Of a stretch of DNA of 64,000 bases, positions 25,013 through 40,000 are shown in pieces (within the stretch, counting starts at the first letter, position 1; each line of letters begins with the position of its first letter). The notes under the pieces are model-generated. The model was not told where the DNA came from. It ran no database searches and worked only from the letters and a program-made list of their open reading frames with translations. A program made the translations under genes and the position numbers. Origin of the DNA: Klebsormidium nitens (lineage: Eukaryota > Plantae > Klebsormidiophyceae); assembly GCA_000708835.1 (NCBI GenBank), contig DF237276.1, positions 38,195-102,194 on the forward strand. Reading direction: 5' to 3'.

Positions 25013-28000
25013 ATGGAACCACAGAGCTCAAAAACGCTTTTGACGGAGGTGACGCGCAGTCAGAGCCAGCAGGGGAAGCAGAAGCGAGCGTTCATGACGG
25101 CCCTGCGGCACACCTTCAAGTACGACAGCCTGGCAGCGGATGCTGACGTCACCTCGGACAGCGACGATGCGGCGAGCTCCCCCGCTGACGACCGGAGGCG
25201 AGCGTTACCAAAAGAAATGAGCGGTCCAATGGGAAGCGGGAAAGGGCCCCCGGTGGCGGAGGGGGATGGACTGAAAGTGCAGCATTTGAGCAGAGTGCAG
25301 AGCAGGAGGGAGTCGCGGATGTCGACAGCAGGGACACGTGGCAGGCTGTCAGTGGCCTGGCAAGATGAGTTGGAGCCGAGACGGAGCTCGGAGGGGGGTG
25401 GTGAGAAGCGGAGGCCCGCTAGTGAGAGCTCTGGGGTGCGGGGACTAAGGGAGAGTTCGGCGTCGGAGTTTGATCTTCCCCCAGAAGGGAGCGGTTTGAG
25501 AGACCGGCGGAGGGGTGGATCGTCTGGGGATCTGCAAGCGGTTGTCCGGCGGTCCGAAAAGTGGTCGAGTGAAAAGTCTGACAATGGGCGGTCCGATGGG
25601 GTCAGGCGGTCCGATGGGTCCAGAAACGGGTGGTCCGAAAATAGTCAGTCCAAAGTGTCCGAAGAAAGGCGCTCTGACCAGTCTGGAAACGGCGGGTTTA
25701 CAAGGTCCAATGGCAGGCGGTGCAAGTTGTCCGAAAAGGGGCGCTCCAAAAGGTCCGGAAGCCGGCGGTCCGAAGGGTCCGAAAAAGGAAAGCCCGAACT
25801 ACGTTCGCCGGTTCGCTCCGCAGGGTCAGCGTCCGTAAACAGTGTCCGAACTGCGTCGGCGCCGGGCGCCCAAATTTCGGACGGTGTCAAGCTCCCCGTG
25901 CTCGTACAAGCTGGAAGGGCTGAACACACAAACTCACGGAACGCCAGCACTCCCTTGATGCTGGAAAGCGTTCTCAGCAAGATCGCAAGCGACGCAAACG
26001 AGAACGAGGCAAACCAAATTGCGCAGCTCGATAACATTGCAAAAACCAGAGAGGCCGGATTTAGAAACAACGCCTGGGCGCCTGAGTTTGAGCCCCTAGC
26101 GAGCCTGGTTCAGAGCCCCGGTTCTAAAGTGCCGCGGTTGCAGCTCCCTGGGGGGGTCGTAAGTAAAGGCGACCGGGTAAATGAGAGTGGATGGCTGGAG
26201 TGGCGCATCTTGGAGGAGATGCGGGCAAAGGTGGTGAAGGAAACGAAAGAGCGCGCAGGGAGCCCGGAGTTCTACCGGGAGGTTAGGAAGGTGAGTTGAT
26301 TCAGCGATTCGGGCAGTATTCATGGGACGCGCAAGTAGAGTGACATTCTTCAGGGAGATCAGGAAGGTAAGCTGCTTCATGGATGTCGTACGTGTTTATT
26401 GATTTTGGGAGAGCGCCAGAGCAGGTTTTTTGGGGATCGGTGAAGGATAGATACATGCCTAACGTTGCGTCAGGATTTGAACACCGGCCCAACAGCGCCC
26501 TTTGTTGGAAGGTGGCGTTCGACAGATGTCATTGTTGTGGAGAGGACGACAGCAGGGCACTTTCGGAACGTGTACCAGCCTTTGTTCCAGCCGGTTCGCT
26601 CGGAAGCAAGCGCAAGAAAAGAAAAGCTGGTCGACTATGAAACTTAGAGTGCTGCGCCAACAACCATCGTTCGACATGAATCATAATAGCATGGCCACGT
26701 TCCGAAAAGCACACTCTCAGACGGGTGGGACAGGCCTGATCAAAACAATAAACGGTCTTTTGATACGGTCGTCGCCTTCAAGCCACAGGGATTTTGAGGC
26801 CCTGTAGATGAAACTGTTTGATTCGATCTGGGTGCAGGAGTCGAAGGAGTGGGTAGACGCCAAGGAGGTTGAATTTAAGAAGGAGCTTCGCAGGGCCTCT
26901 CCAGGTCTGCTGGAGCAACGGGAGGAGGAGTTCCTGGAGACGCACTCGCACATCATCAGGTGCGGGAATCAGGATAGTCCAACGTTGGAACGTTTTGGGT
27001 CACGGTTTTCAAGCGCGGAGACGCAGGGTTCTTACACCGCCTAATCCTCTTTCTGGTACGAGGAGGGTCTTTGTGGACATCAAGCCGTCCGAATTTTCTT
27101 CGGATCTAAAATTGGAACCCGGAATGCTAGTATTTGAGGCTCTGCTAATTACCCGAAAGAGTCTTGGAACACCGGAGATTGACATCCAAAGTGCTGCCGA
27201 GCTGGCAGTTGAAACTGCAGTTAGCCGCTATCCCTGCAGTTCCTTTCAGCGGATCATATCAGCGGTGATGTGCTGTGATGCGGCATCTGCTTTCAGTGAT
27301 GTTCTGGAACCACGATAACGCGTTGTTTCAAGCCACGATTGGGCTTCGTAAGTCCGCGTTCATCTTGCCGGGGGATTGGAGCAGGATTTTGAGTCCCTGA
27401 ACCCTTCATTCTGATTCCGCAAACACTGACATCAGGGATTCTGAAGCCTTAAACCCTCAAACCCTGGCGCGCAGCGAGTCGAAGAGCGCGCCGCTGCTGC
27501 TGCGCCACATCGCCCACCGCGAGCAGGCGATGCAACTGGAGGCCAAGCGGCTCTTCGACTGGGCGCTCACCAAGGTGAGCGCAGCACTCCGCCCAAATCG
27601 TCTCGCCTTTTCTAGCATCCATGAGTTGCTTATCTCAACAGCGGTTGCTTTGGAGCTAGAGCTTCTCTTCTTGCGCTTGCAAGTCTTGCGAATTTGAGCA
27701 TGTGGGCTGGAGGCCTGAGCGACTCTTTGACTAGGGGATCATTGAAGTAAGCGTGGCACTCCGGCAAAATGCTTTGATTTCTGCTTTTGAATGCTTTGGG
27801 TTGCTCTTGAATTCTTGTGTCATTTGGTGGAATCATTCTTTCCGCTTTTATGTCTGGAGAGACACGAAGTCAAAAAACAGGTTGGCTGAAGATTAAGCGG
27901 CTCTGAATCAGGACTCACAAGGGTAGAAACGGCATTCCGTCAGAACCTCCATAAATCTCGTCCTTATACTCTTTGATTACAATTGAGAGTCGTACTTTTC

Positions 28001-31000
28001 TCCCAAAGGTCATGTCGTGCTTATGACTCGAAGACGCACGCTTTCGAGGAGCATACGGGATGGATTTCAAGCAACTCTTTGCGTCATGAAAATAAGCGCA
28101 CACTGAAAGCTGTTCCGACCTTTTTCAGGTACACGCCAAAATGAAGCGTCGGCTGATGAAGCGCGCGCTCGCAGAGCTGTCCAACAACGCGCAGACCGCC
28201 AAAGCACGGACGAAAAGCGCGCGTTCCGTTCACGGAATGAAGCCGGAAGCGGAAGCGGAACGGGATGAAGAGTGGACCATTCTGGGCGATGAAGAAAACG
28301 AGGCTGGAACGGCGAGCGTTTCACGCCCAAGAATGGAGCTGGCCTCATCCCAGAGTCCGGTTAGCGCGGGTTATCGTAACCCTCGAAACCGGTCGCCGGA
28401 AGAGGGTGGGTTCCTTGGCCGCAGCGGCGACCAGGAACCGTTGGAACTCGCTTTCGGCGTCACCGACTTGTCCGTCGTAGCTGCCGTCGGGGCGCAGGTT
28501 GACCAAACTCAGAACGATTGCAACGAGTCGGAACGAGATCGGAGAGGGGGGGAGCTACCTCTGGAAAAAAACGCGTTGGGTTACAGTGAGCCGGATGCGA
28601 AGCTGGAAGCGCAACCTAGATTAACAGCACACGTTTCGGGCGGGACGGGGCGAGCGGTTGATGTTGACCTGGACACAGGGTTCGAAAGTGTCGTTTTTGA
28701 GGGGCTTTTGGACTGCGCAGACGAAGCGGGGAGTTGTCAGTCTGAAAAGGGCTTTGAGTCGGACCCGGTTGGGGCTGACGTCATGACCATGGCAACGGCC
28801 GGCCCCGCGAGCCGCGCGCGCGCCAACCCGACGCGGTCGCCGAAGAGTCAGGAAAGCGAGGGGGTTGCCTCAAGTTTGGAGGAACGAGGAGAAGGGAGTA
28901 GAGAGGAGCCGGGAACGAAGTCCGATGGAACTAGTACGAGGGGAAGGCTTTCCGCGGCGGAGCGGCCGCACTCCGTCGGTCTACAACCGGAATCTGCAGA
29001 GGGAGCGTCCCCTGCAGATTCGTCCGGAGACGGGAACGACACGCTGCTTAGAGGTAAATCTGGAAGCGCCAACACAGCGGAGGTTATAATGAAAGCCGAG
29101 AGCGAACGAGCTTTGGAGGAGAAGAGGAGAAGCGAGGTCTTTGGAGCGGAAAAGGAGAGTCGGGGCGATCTTGCGCCCGAGACAGGGCGGCCGGACTCCG
29201 TCGTCAAAAAGCAAGCGGACAAGGATTCCGATGTGGGGGGAGAGATGAATGCAGTGGGCGGAAGCGAGACGTCGGAAGAACGGCCGGTTACGTCGTGGGG
29301 GTTTCAGCCAGGGTTTGGGGTGCGCACGCGCGCAGAAAGCCGACGGTCCAGCCGACGAGTGACACGTGGCATTCGGACGGCACCCGCGCCGTCCGTCGCG
29401 GCCGCCCTCGAGGGCGCTGACGTCAGGAGGGCGTCAGAAAGTGTTGCAATCCGGCTGTTGGCCGATGTCATTGAGTCCTCTGTTCAGTTAGCGGAGCAGT
29501 TTGAAACGTCTGCAAAAGAAATTGACACCACGCCTTATCTTCTGACGGAGGCCAGTCTGTTGGCCCAGTCCCAGTGTCAAAGCGGCGGGGGCGACCGGAG
29601 TCTTGCGGACGCCCTGCAGAAGGGATCAAGGCAAAAGAAAATTGACACCGAGACGGATCTTCTGACTAAGGGCACTCTAGAAGCCCAGTCGCAGCGTCAA
29701 ATCGCCGAGAAACTGTCGCGGCTGGTGCAGCTTTCGTACTTAGCGAAGTGCAGTGAGCTGGACATCGTTCCGCTCAGCCGGCTCCGGTCTCAGGTGCGGA
29801 ATCCGCTCTGCAATCTTGCGCACTGCCAGTTAGGCCCGAAACACGGGCAGGCCCTGGCTTTTTGCCTCCAGATTAACCCCACGGTTACCGCGCTAAACCT
29901 GGAAGATAACGAACTCGGCAGCGAGACGGTGCGGCAGCTGGTGAGTTCCGTTGTCGGGACGAAGCGGATAACGGAACTGGACCTGTCGCGGAACGATATC
30001 GGCTGGGAGGGCGCGGAAGCGCTCGCGCGGCTTTTGGAGAACTCGCCTGCGGTAGAATCGCCGGAGACTGTGCAGACGTTTGTGCGGGCGTTTGAGAGCA
30101 GAAGGAGCACGGAGTCCGGCGTAACAGCGGAACGGATCGACGGAAAGGAGATGAAGGCGGGCGACCGGAATGCTTGCGGACAACTGTCTGTCGAAGATGA
30201 CTTTCTGGGGACCGTCGAAGAGTGGGGTTTTACGAGCGGAACCGGAAGGTTAACGGACAGCCGCGGAACGGAAGCAAGCGGAGAGCATCTGTCGGCTCTC
30301 GAAAAACGGGAGTATCAGAGGCCGCAGGGCATTCCGGCGGTCGTGCGGTTGAGTTTTCCCGCCGGAATCCCAGCGGTGGTTCCGCTGGTTGCGGGGCCGG
30401 AACGGAGCAGAAGCGCCAGGCACAACTCAATCGCAACTAGCGTCAGCTTTGCAGAAGGGCCCGAAGGCGACGCTCTCCAAAAACAGCCGCCGGGATCGTG
30501 CATTCCGTTGACCGTTGAAGGTGACATTTTGGGCGGAACTGACCTCGCAATCGGGCAGGACAGAAAGACGTCAACGGAGGCAACGGAGAGGCGAAGCGGT
30601 GAGGGGGGCCTAGAGAATAGTCGAACCTCGGATGTGGCACCACGTGGCCCAATTGACGGTGCAGAAGAGGAGGAGTGGCCGTTGGAGCCGCACGAATGGG
30701 TTGACACGGCCTCTCTGCGGCGGCTGACTGACGTGGAGCTCACAGAGGCCGACACGTGGCTCGAGCCTGAAGCACCGCCGCAGCCGGTCACCGAACGGGT
30801 CGCGCCGAAGAAGAAAGTGAGGATGGCAGTCAGGGTTTCGGGAAATTCCCGGCGGTTCACCCGGCGGAAAACCTCGATGGGACCCATTCCGGCGGCAACC
30901 ACCGTGCTGGAGGCACCGGAACCGGAACCGGAACCGGGAAAGTCTGTCGAACCCTCCTTGCTTCCAGTTCTGAGCCGGTTAACCTTGACCGGGTGCAACA

Positions 31001-34000
31001 TCGGGAACAAGGGGGCGTCGTGCCTGGCGGAGGTGTTAACGACTCACCGCTCGCTAACCTACCTGGGTCTGGCCGGAAACGAGATCGGGGACCAAGGGGC
31101 GTGCGCTCTGGGGAGCATGCTGTTCAGGAACGATACGCTATTGGAGCTGGATTTGAGCTGGAACATGGTCAGGGCACTGGGGGCGCAGGCCATCTCTCTG
31201 GGACTGGAAAACGTGAGCCCACTTTACATCGATCTGTGCCAATCCACTGAGTCCATGTTTGTCGTACACCGACTTTCAAAATCGTGATGCGGATAGGGTC
31301 ACTTCACAAAACGGCTGAGGTCGAGAACACTGCCGATCCACACATTCTGCCAGTAACCAATCCATCAAACAAGTTCCAGGTCTTTGTTTCCTTTGACTTT
31401 ATTGCTTTGTGGGCACTTTCTGAGAGCAAGACACGTTCTTTCTTCACTAGCTTTGAACACCCCTTCGAAATTCCGCATGTCGGAGACGTTGAATCCCTTC
31501 TTGCTTAGGGATGTTGGGTTCTGACTCGTCGGAAAGGAACTTCGTTGCAATTGGATTCAACTGTCTTCTTCTTCTTCTTCTTCTTCTCTTTGATCCTTAT
31601 CTTCCGCCATCTAACAACATCTTTTCCTTTCCTATTGTTCTCAACGTCTCCACATCTTGTGTTTTCGACGTCCATACATGTAATCCAGCTAAGTACAAAA
31701 GAGATCACACAACCAACACGTTTGCGAAGTTCGTCTTAGGAAGATGCGCTCGTTTTGGGTTCAAAACGCGCATTGTTCTTTGCGCGCAGAACCGCGCGCT
31801 TCGCGCGCTAAACCTGGACTGGAACGGCCTCGAGGACGAGGGCTGCCAGTACCTCGGCGTCATGCTGACGTCAAACCGCGCGCTCGCGGACCTGCGCCTA
31901 AACCACACGCGCTGCGGGCCAGCTGGCGCTCTCCTATTGGCCGAGGGCGTCGCGCGCAACGTAACGCTGAAACGCCTGGAGCTGAAGGGGAACCCTATAG
32001 GGGACGACGGCGGGCGGCACTTGCTGACTGCGCTGCAATCGAACAAGGTTCTCGAGACGATCCAAATGGAGGGGAGTAACCTGAGCGTTAAAAGCCACGG
32101 CCAGGAGCGGTTCAACTTCAAGTCCCCGGAGGGGCACTACAAGCTAAACCTCGCAAACCCGGTGGACCGCGCGGTCGCGTCGCGGCTGTGCGCGCTCGAG
32201 GCGCAGAGCGCGGCCGCGCAAGCCGCGCTCGCGGCCGCGGAGGGCGGCAAAACCTCGCGACCGCAGAGCCCGGAGACAGCGGAGGAACGCGCCCCGGTTA
32301 CTGCGCCGGTTAGCTGCTGGCGGGAAACCAAGCTCAATAACTACCCGGTTAAGGGATCCCCGGGCGCGAAGAAGTGGCCGGAGAAGATGCCCAAGAAAGG
32401 CGTGCTCGAGTTCGACTATGTCGCCTTCCGGGGGGGGCATTCTCAAGCGGAGCTGACCCCCCTGGACCAGAAGGATTTGGAGGACTTGTGCGAGCAGCTG
32501 TCCAGAGCGACGGTGTCCAACTTTGAGCGACTCAGCTTTGTGCGGCTCTTTGCGTCGAGTTGCTACTTCCGGAGCCAGCAGGTGGGTTTCGACACCCTTC
32601 CCTAGATCGTTTCAATCCTATCATCGAAGGAAAACAGATAATCGTCAAGGGATCTTATGCAATTGTTGGAGCCAGCCTCGAGAAACTGTGGCTCTTCGCG
32701 TGGAGCTGCTTCTCCGTAGCCAGCAGGTGGGTGCCGAAGAAACGGCTTTCCTAGTTTGTTTTACGCATCACCTTCTCATACATTATATGATTCTTGAAAA
32801 GTGACATTCTTTGATTCAGGCCAATCTTCCCTCAAAGACTCAAAAAGTGCGGCTCTTCGCCTTGAGCTGCTATACCCTGCTGCCTTCCACAATAATCTGC
32901 TTCTTATTAAGCAACTCTCTCCTTGGCTCGTTTCAAGTACGCCTCTTCATGCTTCATTCGCTATATCCAAAATGTCATTAGTCCTTGCTTCGTACAATTC
33001 GCTGCCTCTGTATCTGTCTATGAGGATTTCACCATCCGCTGAAAGATTTCTGGAATTGTGCCGCAGGCCGCGCGGTTGCTGCAGACGTTCAACCCCGGCG
33101 AGGAGCGCGTGCGCGCGAGCATTCTTCTGTTCTGCCGGCTGGTGGATATGGAAGAGTTTGACGCCGTGCTGGGCGTCATGATCCGCCAGGAGCAGCGCCA
33201 GGCCGTGGACCGCCTCGGGGTGCACTACTATTTCCGCCAGGTGCGCGCGCGCGTGTGTTTTTGGCAATTTGTTTTCTTAGAAAAAACAAGAGATTTCAAG
33301 TACTTAGAATATAGTAGAGGGAGACTGATCCGCCAGGAGCAGCGCCAGGCCGTCGACCGCCTCGGCGTGCCCTACTGCTTCCGCCGGGTGCGCTTGCGCG
33401 CGTGTTTTTGGCAATTTGTTTCCTAGAAAAAACAAGAGATTTCAAGTACTTAGAATATAGTAGAGGGAGACTGATCCGCCAGGAGAGCGCCAGGCCGTCG
33501 ACCGCCTTGGCGTGCACTACTATTTCCGCCAAGTGCGCGCGCGCGCGCGCGGATTCAGCGAGCAATGTCAAGGAATCATTTGGAGAAAGCATAACTTGCA
33601 AGGTTTACGGGATTTTCGCATAGTAACGCGCAAGTGATTCGTCAGGGGCAGCGCCAGGCCGTCGATCGCCTCGGCGTGCACTACTACTTCCACCAGGTGC
33701 GTGCGCGCGTGTCTGGCGGAAGGATTCGCCACGGAATTACAAGGTTTCTGGAGTGGCACCTTCTTTTTAGTTTTTGATTGGCAGAGTCAGCTCAGGACAG
33801 CCAAGCTGCTGGGCCTTTTGTCAATTGGCAAAGCTTTGGAGATTGAAACGGGACGAAAAGGAAATTCGTCCAAAACACATTCGGATTCTGGAAATGAACT
33901 GTGTGAAACTATCGTTCATAGAGAAACCCTACCGGGTCCCGAGCACTACGAGCTCAATTTGGTGCGATGATGGCGGCGGAGCTGCTGAAGCTTCTGGAGA

Positions 34001-37000
34001 TTTGCACTGATGAATAGCTTTTTGGGAAGAAACGAATGTCAATCTTCAATTCCCAGGGCAACCCCACCGGTCACTACGAGCTGAGTTTGGTTCTGCAAAC
34101 CGACGCGATGATGGCGGCGAAGCTCCTGGAGCTAACTTAGTCTGTAATTCCGGAAGCAACGAATCTCAATATCTTACTTTTTACAGCTAAAAAATTTATG
34201 GATAATCCTCTCCTCAGGGCAATCCTACCGGTCACTACGAGTTGAGTTTAGTTCTCCAGACCGACGCGATGATGGCGGCGAAGCTGTTAGAGCTCGCGGT
34301 GGATGAGGGCGCGCGCCTCAACTGGCGCAACGTGCAGTACCGCGGCCGCGTGACGCACGCGGCGTTCGGCGCGCCGGAGGAGTGGGGGCACAAGGTGCCC
34401 AACCAGGGAGTTCTCAGGTGGGATAGGAACTCACTGGTCAAGAGATAATGAACGCCAGAGATGTGCGTGCACGAACCGAAACGTCAGTGACGAAGGTCTG
34501 ATGTCATTCAGTGGGTTTCAAAGGATAAATGAGGCACTTCGTTGCGCGCGGAGAAGTGGGGGCACAAGGTGCTCAATCAGGGGGTTCTCCGGTGGGTGAA
34601 GACGTGGTTAAGGGGCCACCAAAAACAAGATCCTCAGTAAGATAGATGCAAAAGTTCTAGGACTGCTGCTGTTTCGTGGGCTTTGAAATTTGATGCTGTT
34701 TCATGTCGACGCGCGCTGGATTGGGGGCACAAGGTGCCTAACCAGGGGGTTCTCAGATGAGATAAGACGCGGTTAGAGTAGATTCTAACAAAAAATGGAT
34801 GATTGCGAAACATTTGGGAGTGCGATCGTTTCGAGGCACTCCGGAAAGGTGGGTGCACAAGGTGCCAACCAGGGGGTTCTCAGGTGGATTAGAAAGTGGT
34901 CAACGAAAACCGAACACCTGAAAAGCAAGAAACGAGCTTGTCTTTGAAACAAGTGAAACTCTCTAGGCCGCTATTCTGACTTGTGGCTCTTTGGAGGAGT
35001 CGGGGCACTAAGTGCTTAACCAGGGGGTTCTGAGTTCAGTTATACCTTGTTCAGGGTTACTTTTGCTGGGAGTAAATTGTCTATAAGATGATTACGAGAG
35101 GTCGTAGACTGTTTCGCGGCGCGCTGAAGGAGTAGGGGCAGAAGGTGCCTGACGAAAGGGTGCTCAGGTCCGGTAAGAGGAACGAGGTTGAAGGAACGAG
35201 AACACCTGAAAACAACGTCTTTGAGTTGATTGTGGATCTTTTGGATTGGGTTGGTATGGCCGCGTGAGTTCTGGGCGTTGAGGCGATCGCCACGGAGGAA
35301 GCGACTCCGCTTCAAATGATGGACGCAGCACAGGAACGTAAGCAGCTTCTTGACAAAGTCATGAAATCCTCCAAAGGCGAAACACGGCTCGGAAAGACGA
35401 CCTTATTCTTCATGCAGGTTCGACTTCACCTCCTTCATGCCGCCCCCCGCGGCCGCGCAGGCGCTTCCCGACGACGAGCTGCGCGCGTTCCTCGCGCGCG
35501 CGGGCGTCGACGACGCGCTGAAGGCGACGGAACTGCGCGTGTCGCTGCTGCGCGCGCACAGCACCAAGCTCTGGCTGACGTCAGACCAGGCGGTGTCGCT
35601 GGTGCGGATGTTTGCGAAGAGCGACGAGCGGGTGGAGATCGCGGTCATAGCGTATGCGCGCATCCTGGATAAGCGGCGGTTCTGGAAGGTATGAACGGCA
35701 TAGCTGCTTCGTTTTTTGAGATGCAATGTCACTCACGCTTACCTAGCGGCTGACTGAATCGCTTACACTTGCGACTTATTGCAATTCACGATACAATTCT
35801 TTCTGAGGCTGAACCATTTTCAGCGCGTCAGGGATGGTTGGTAACAATGTCCATTTCAGAGAGTGCTTGCTTGTTTGAAGGAAGCTCACAAGTAACTTCT
35901 GCTCGATTGAAGCAAAGTCAACCAATTCTTCAGTCTGAAATAGGACCACGAAAAAGCAGCGGATGAGTGGCTACAGAGATGCATTCAGCCTTCAGTTAGT
36001 CGCCGTAAAACAGTATCAGAATATGAAGATTGTTCGCACAAGCTGGGATGTAGACTCAGTCAAGCCGGCCGAAATATTTCGAGCAATCTCAAACTCTCGA
36101 CAGTCTCCTTCTCTGTAAGCATTTGACCTTTCACTTCTTCGCTAACAAAGCATTGAGATGACCTGCAAGAATGGGAGATGACAAAGCTATACAAGAAAGT
36201 CCTGTAGATCCTCTTGGTTCCCTGCACAAAAAAGCCGGGTTTTGCAAAACACATCGGAAGAGTACACTCAGCCTTTTCTCCGGCACAGAAACCTTTTCTG
36301 CTTTTGCCGTCAGGTGCTGTACGAGCTGAACGGGGTGGAGCATTCTTACGCGACCTACCGGTTGGGCTTCCCGGTCGTGTTCGACAAGAAGCACGTGACG
36401 ATGCACTACAGACTGGACTGTAACAACCCGGAGCACCGCGCGATCGCCCAGGTGCGTGTTTTGAAATCTACGGTCCTTCTGCAATGTGTTGGCAGTTCCA
36501 AAATTTTGCACATTACTAAGACTTTAAAGTTTCTCGTTCACCACAGTCCTTGACGCCTACACCAGACAGGATGTCTTGCTGACCATTCTAAAAAGAACGC
36601 ATCCCGGCAAGCGATTTTGGAAAGAACGCAACTTGTCAAACTGACTATCGGCTTCTGTGTTGAATTCATTTTCAAACCAGCATGCAGCTTCTGTTGCCTC
36701 CATCAATCTTGTCTTCGGCGGTCTTTTGAGAAACTTGCTCAAGTATACATATGCATCGTTTAGGCAGCCCTCTTGTGTAAGAAAAATGTGAAATTATCCT
36801 TTCTTTCAAGACTCTCCGTTCAAGAACGGACCTGGTTTGCAAACATTGTTTTCTTCCCGGAAATTGGTCAAGATACCAAACAAAGACCGACAGAAAGGCG
36901 ACCTCAGTAGCCCTTTTCGCGCGCGCAGAGGCTGGTCGGGTTCGCTCAGCGATCGCCCAACTACCAGACGTGGCACAACGTCATGATTGGCGGGAAGCGG

Positions 37001-40000
37001 ATGCGGTCCCAACTGGTGGAGGACAACACCATGTGGTCCGTACTGACGACCACGTCGTTTGAGCCGTTGATCGAGTTCGACATGGTCGGCCCAGATTTCT
37101 TCGAGCTGCTGGGCCAGCCGCAGGTGCGTACCGGACAGGGACCGCGCTTGCGCGGTTGTAGGGTCAGTAGAGATTGGTGTAGCGCAGAGAATCCATGATG
37201 CTCAGTATCGACGATCGCTTTCCTTCATTTCTCGCGTAAATGTTGGTCGAGCTTGCTTACATTTAGTGCCCTGGTTTGAATCGTTCAAGAGTACCAGTAT
37301 TTGCAGTTCTAGCAGGATGAATGGGTTACTTCAGTGTCTTCTGTGGTGCTCAAATGTCTCGGTCAAGAAGTTTTGGATACTTGTCACTATTGAAGAAACA
37401 ACAACCGTTACTAGATTCTGCAAACGGGAACAAGGTAACTGCGCGTGGAGTCAAGTTGCAGGGGCATTGTTTTGATCCTTGTCTTCTACCTTTCGAGAAT
37501 GATCAGAAAGGACTACCGTTTTTACAATACGATGAGGGATCAACGGACACAAGTGATCGGACACATGTTGAAATTGGCTGACCCGCGAAAAACCTCTTTT
37601 CTGGCCTTGACAGCTGGCGACGTCAGACGACGACGACAAGCAGAAGGTGCAGCGCGAGGCGCTCCTGCGCGACCACGCGAACCGCCTCGCGCTCAGCCGC
37701 GCGCGCGCGTTCCACCCCTACTGGCTCGAGTACCTACAGAAGCGCGCGCGCGCTCAGACCGGCGGCAGGTCCGCGGCCGGCTCGGTCGCGTCGGTGACGT
37801 CACCCGGCAAGTCGGGGGCTTCAACCGCGCGCGCACAGAGCGCGGCCTCGCGTTCTGCTGGGGCTTCATTCGACGCCAAGCTGACGTCAGCAACGAGAGG
37901 GTCGAAGGCGGCCGCGCAGTCTCCTCTTGCTGACGCGACCAGGGGAGGACACGTGGCAGAAGATCCGGAAGCGAGCGCGCGGCTCAGCGAGACGCCGAGG
38001 ACGAAGGTCAGCTTTGGGGACTCCGTTCCGCGACCGGCGAGCGGAACGGATGGTGGAGCGGAACCGGCGCGGCCGCGGAGCGCTCTGTGGAGGGCGGAAA
38101 ACGCGCGAGCGAGGCCGCCGTCGCGTGAGCTGCGCTTCGAAGACGCGCAGGAAAAACGGGAGAGCATTAGGGAAGAAACAGATGACGAGGAGACGGACTC
38201 GACCCATCTAGCGGAAACCGGAACAGCGGACGGAAGTCACAACGACCGGATCCGGAGTGATGTTCGAATACAGAGTGAGGAGGCACGGGAGAAACAAGAG
38301 GACCAAACGGGTCTGCGTAAGTCTTCCGACGGATCCGCGCCAAACGTTGACGGGACGTTCGCAGGTCAGCGGATCAGCGGAATGAGGAAACCGTCGAGAT
38401 TTATCAAGGCAGAGGACGGCTTGCCAGGGGAGTTGGTTGAGGTCACAGAACTAGTGTCAGGCCCGGACGGAGTGACCCCGACTGCGGACGCGTTGACACC
38501 AACTTCTGCAAGAAGCTCCTGGCTGCCACGGAACAACTCATTACGGACGTCATCGATAGTGTCAAGTCGCTACATCGCGACTCTTTCCGACATCGGTTCC
38601 ACGGAAAGCACCGAACAGTTTGAGCCATTCGATTGGGCCGAAAACCAATCGAACGGCGCGGAATGGGCGGCGCCGACCCACTGGAGCGCGAATAGGCGCG
38701 GGCGGCCAAGTTCTCGAGAAGCGCCGGGCGGCGATCCGGCGGGCGCGCGGCCGCGCTCGCGCGGGTTTGGGGGTTCGGACCGGTCCGATTCTCCCAGTCG
38801 GCCGGGGTCGCGCGGCCGGATCGCAAGCGAACGCGACGGCGGTGTGAATGCGGACGGCGGTGTGAACGCGGATGCCGGTGTGAACACGTTCGGCGGTGGG
38901 AATGCGGACGGTGCTGCGGGTACTGCGGGAGGTGTGAACGTCCTCGGCGATGTGAATACGCCTCGTAATGTGAAATCGGGCCGAAAGAGCAGCAGTGGAG
39001 TCGGCAGAGCTGGAGCAAATGCAGAGAAAGAAAATGTGAATACGGGCGAGCGGGGCGAGAACGGTAGTGTGAATAAGCCCGGCCGTCCATCGTCGATAGA
39101 AGCGGAAGGCGTGCCAGCGGAGTCGCTGGATATGAAACAAGACTACCCCTCCGACTCGGAACCTCTAGCCGGTTCCAACACCGAGTCGCGAACCGCACAC
39201 CGAGAAAAGCTCTCCCGTTCAAAAACGAGGTCGAAATCGCGGTCACGGCATGACCGGGGAAAGCGCTCTGGGAAGTCTGCAGGGCTCGCCCCTCAGAACT
39301 ACCTCCCGTCGACTAACCGGAAATTCCCGTGGCAACTAGGGTGGGACGCCCTGATGCGCGCGAGCGTCGCGCTCGAAGCGCGCGCGCTCCCGGAGGGCAC
39401 GTGCCCGCTGCGGATCCTCTACGAGTCGATGCGCAAGGAGGGCGAGCCACGTGTCGCGCTGGACGGCCTCAAGAAGGGCATGAGGTGCGGAGACTTTTGA
39501 TATTCAGTTGGATTCTAGTCAGTCGCACTTTGGGCTCGTGATAGTCAGAGCCGGTGCAAACTTGTGGGAATCCATTTTGCCAACGTTCATCATGCTGTCA
39601 CTTAAGAAAGGTTTGCTCCGATTCAGCCCAGAACAACTTTCCATTTCTTTGTTCGAAAGCAGTTGTAATGCTGTTCCTAAAGCAGAAATAGTTCATGCCA
39701 GCCGTTTGCCTCGCATTACACACAGGCCACACATCTCATAACAGAGTGCGTAACAAGGTCCCTGCGGGAGCGTGGTATTCACCGTTTGCATGCTTCTGTA
39801 ACGTCACTGTGTATATCCTTTTCATGCTTCTCAGCTTGCTCAAATGTTATATATCCACTTGGGTTGAGGTCGAAGGAAGGGGTCCGACCGCTTCCCCTGT
39901 GATGTTCCCCCCATGCCAAGGGTCTGCGTCAACCTCTTCGACTGTGCTTCGGTTAACGATAGGCCCAGCTTTCGGTTTTGTTAACCAGATTCCGCCTCAC

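Noticed and set aside
33320-35175. Possible CRISPR-like repeat-spacer array
   Set aside because: The repeats are degenerate copies of neighbouring exon ends in a eukaryotic intron, with irregular spacing and no cas genes.
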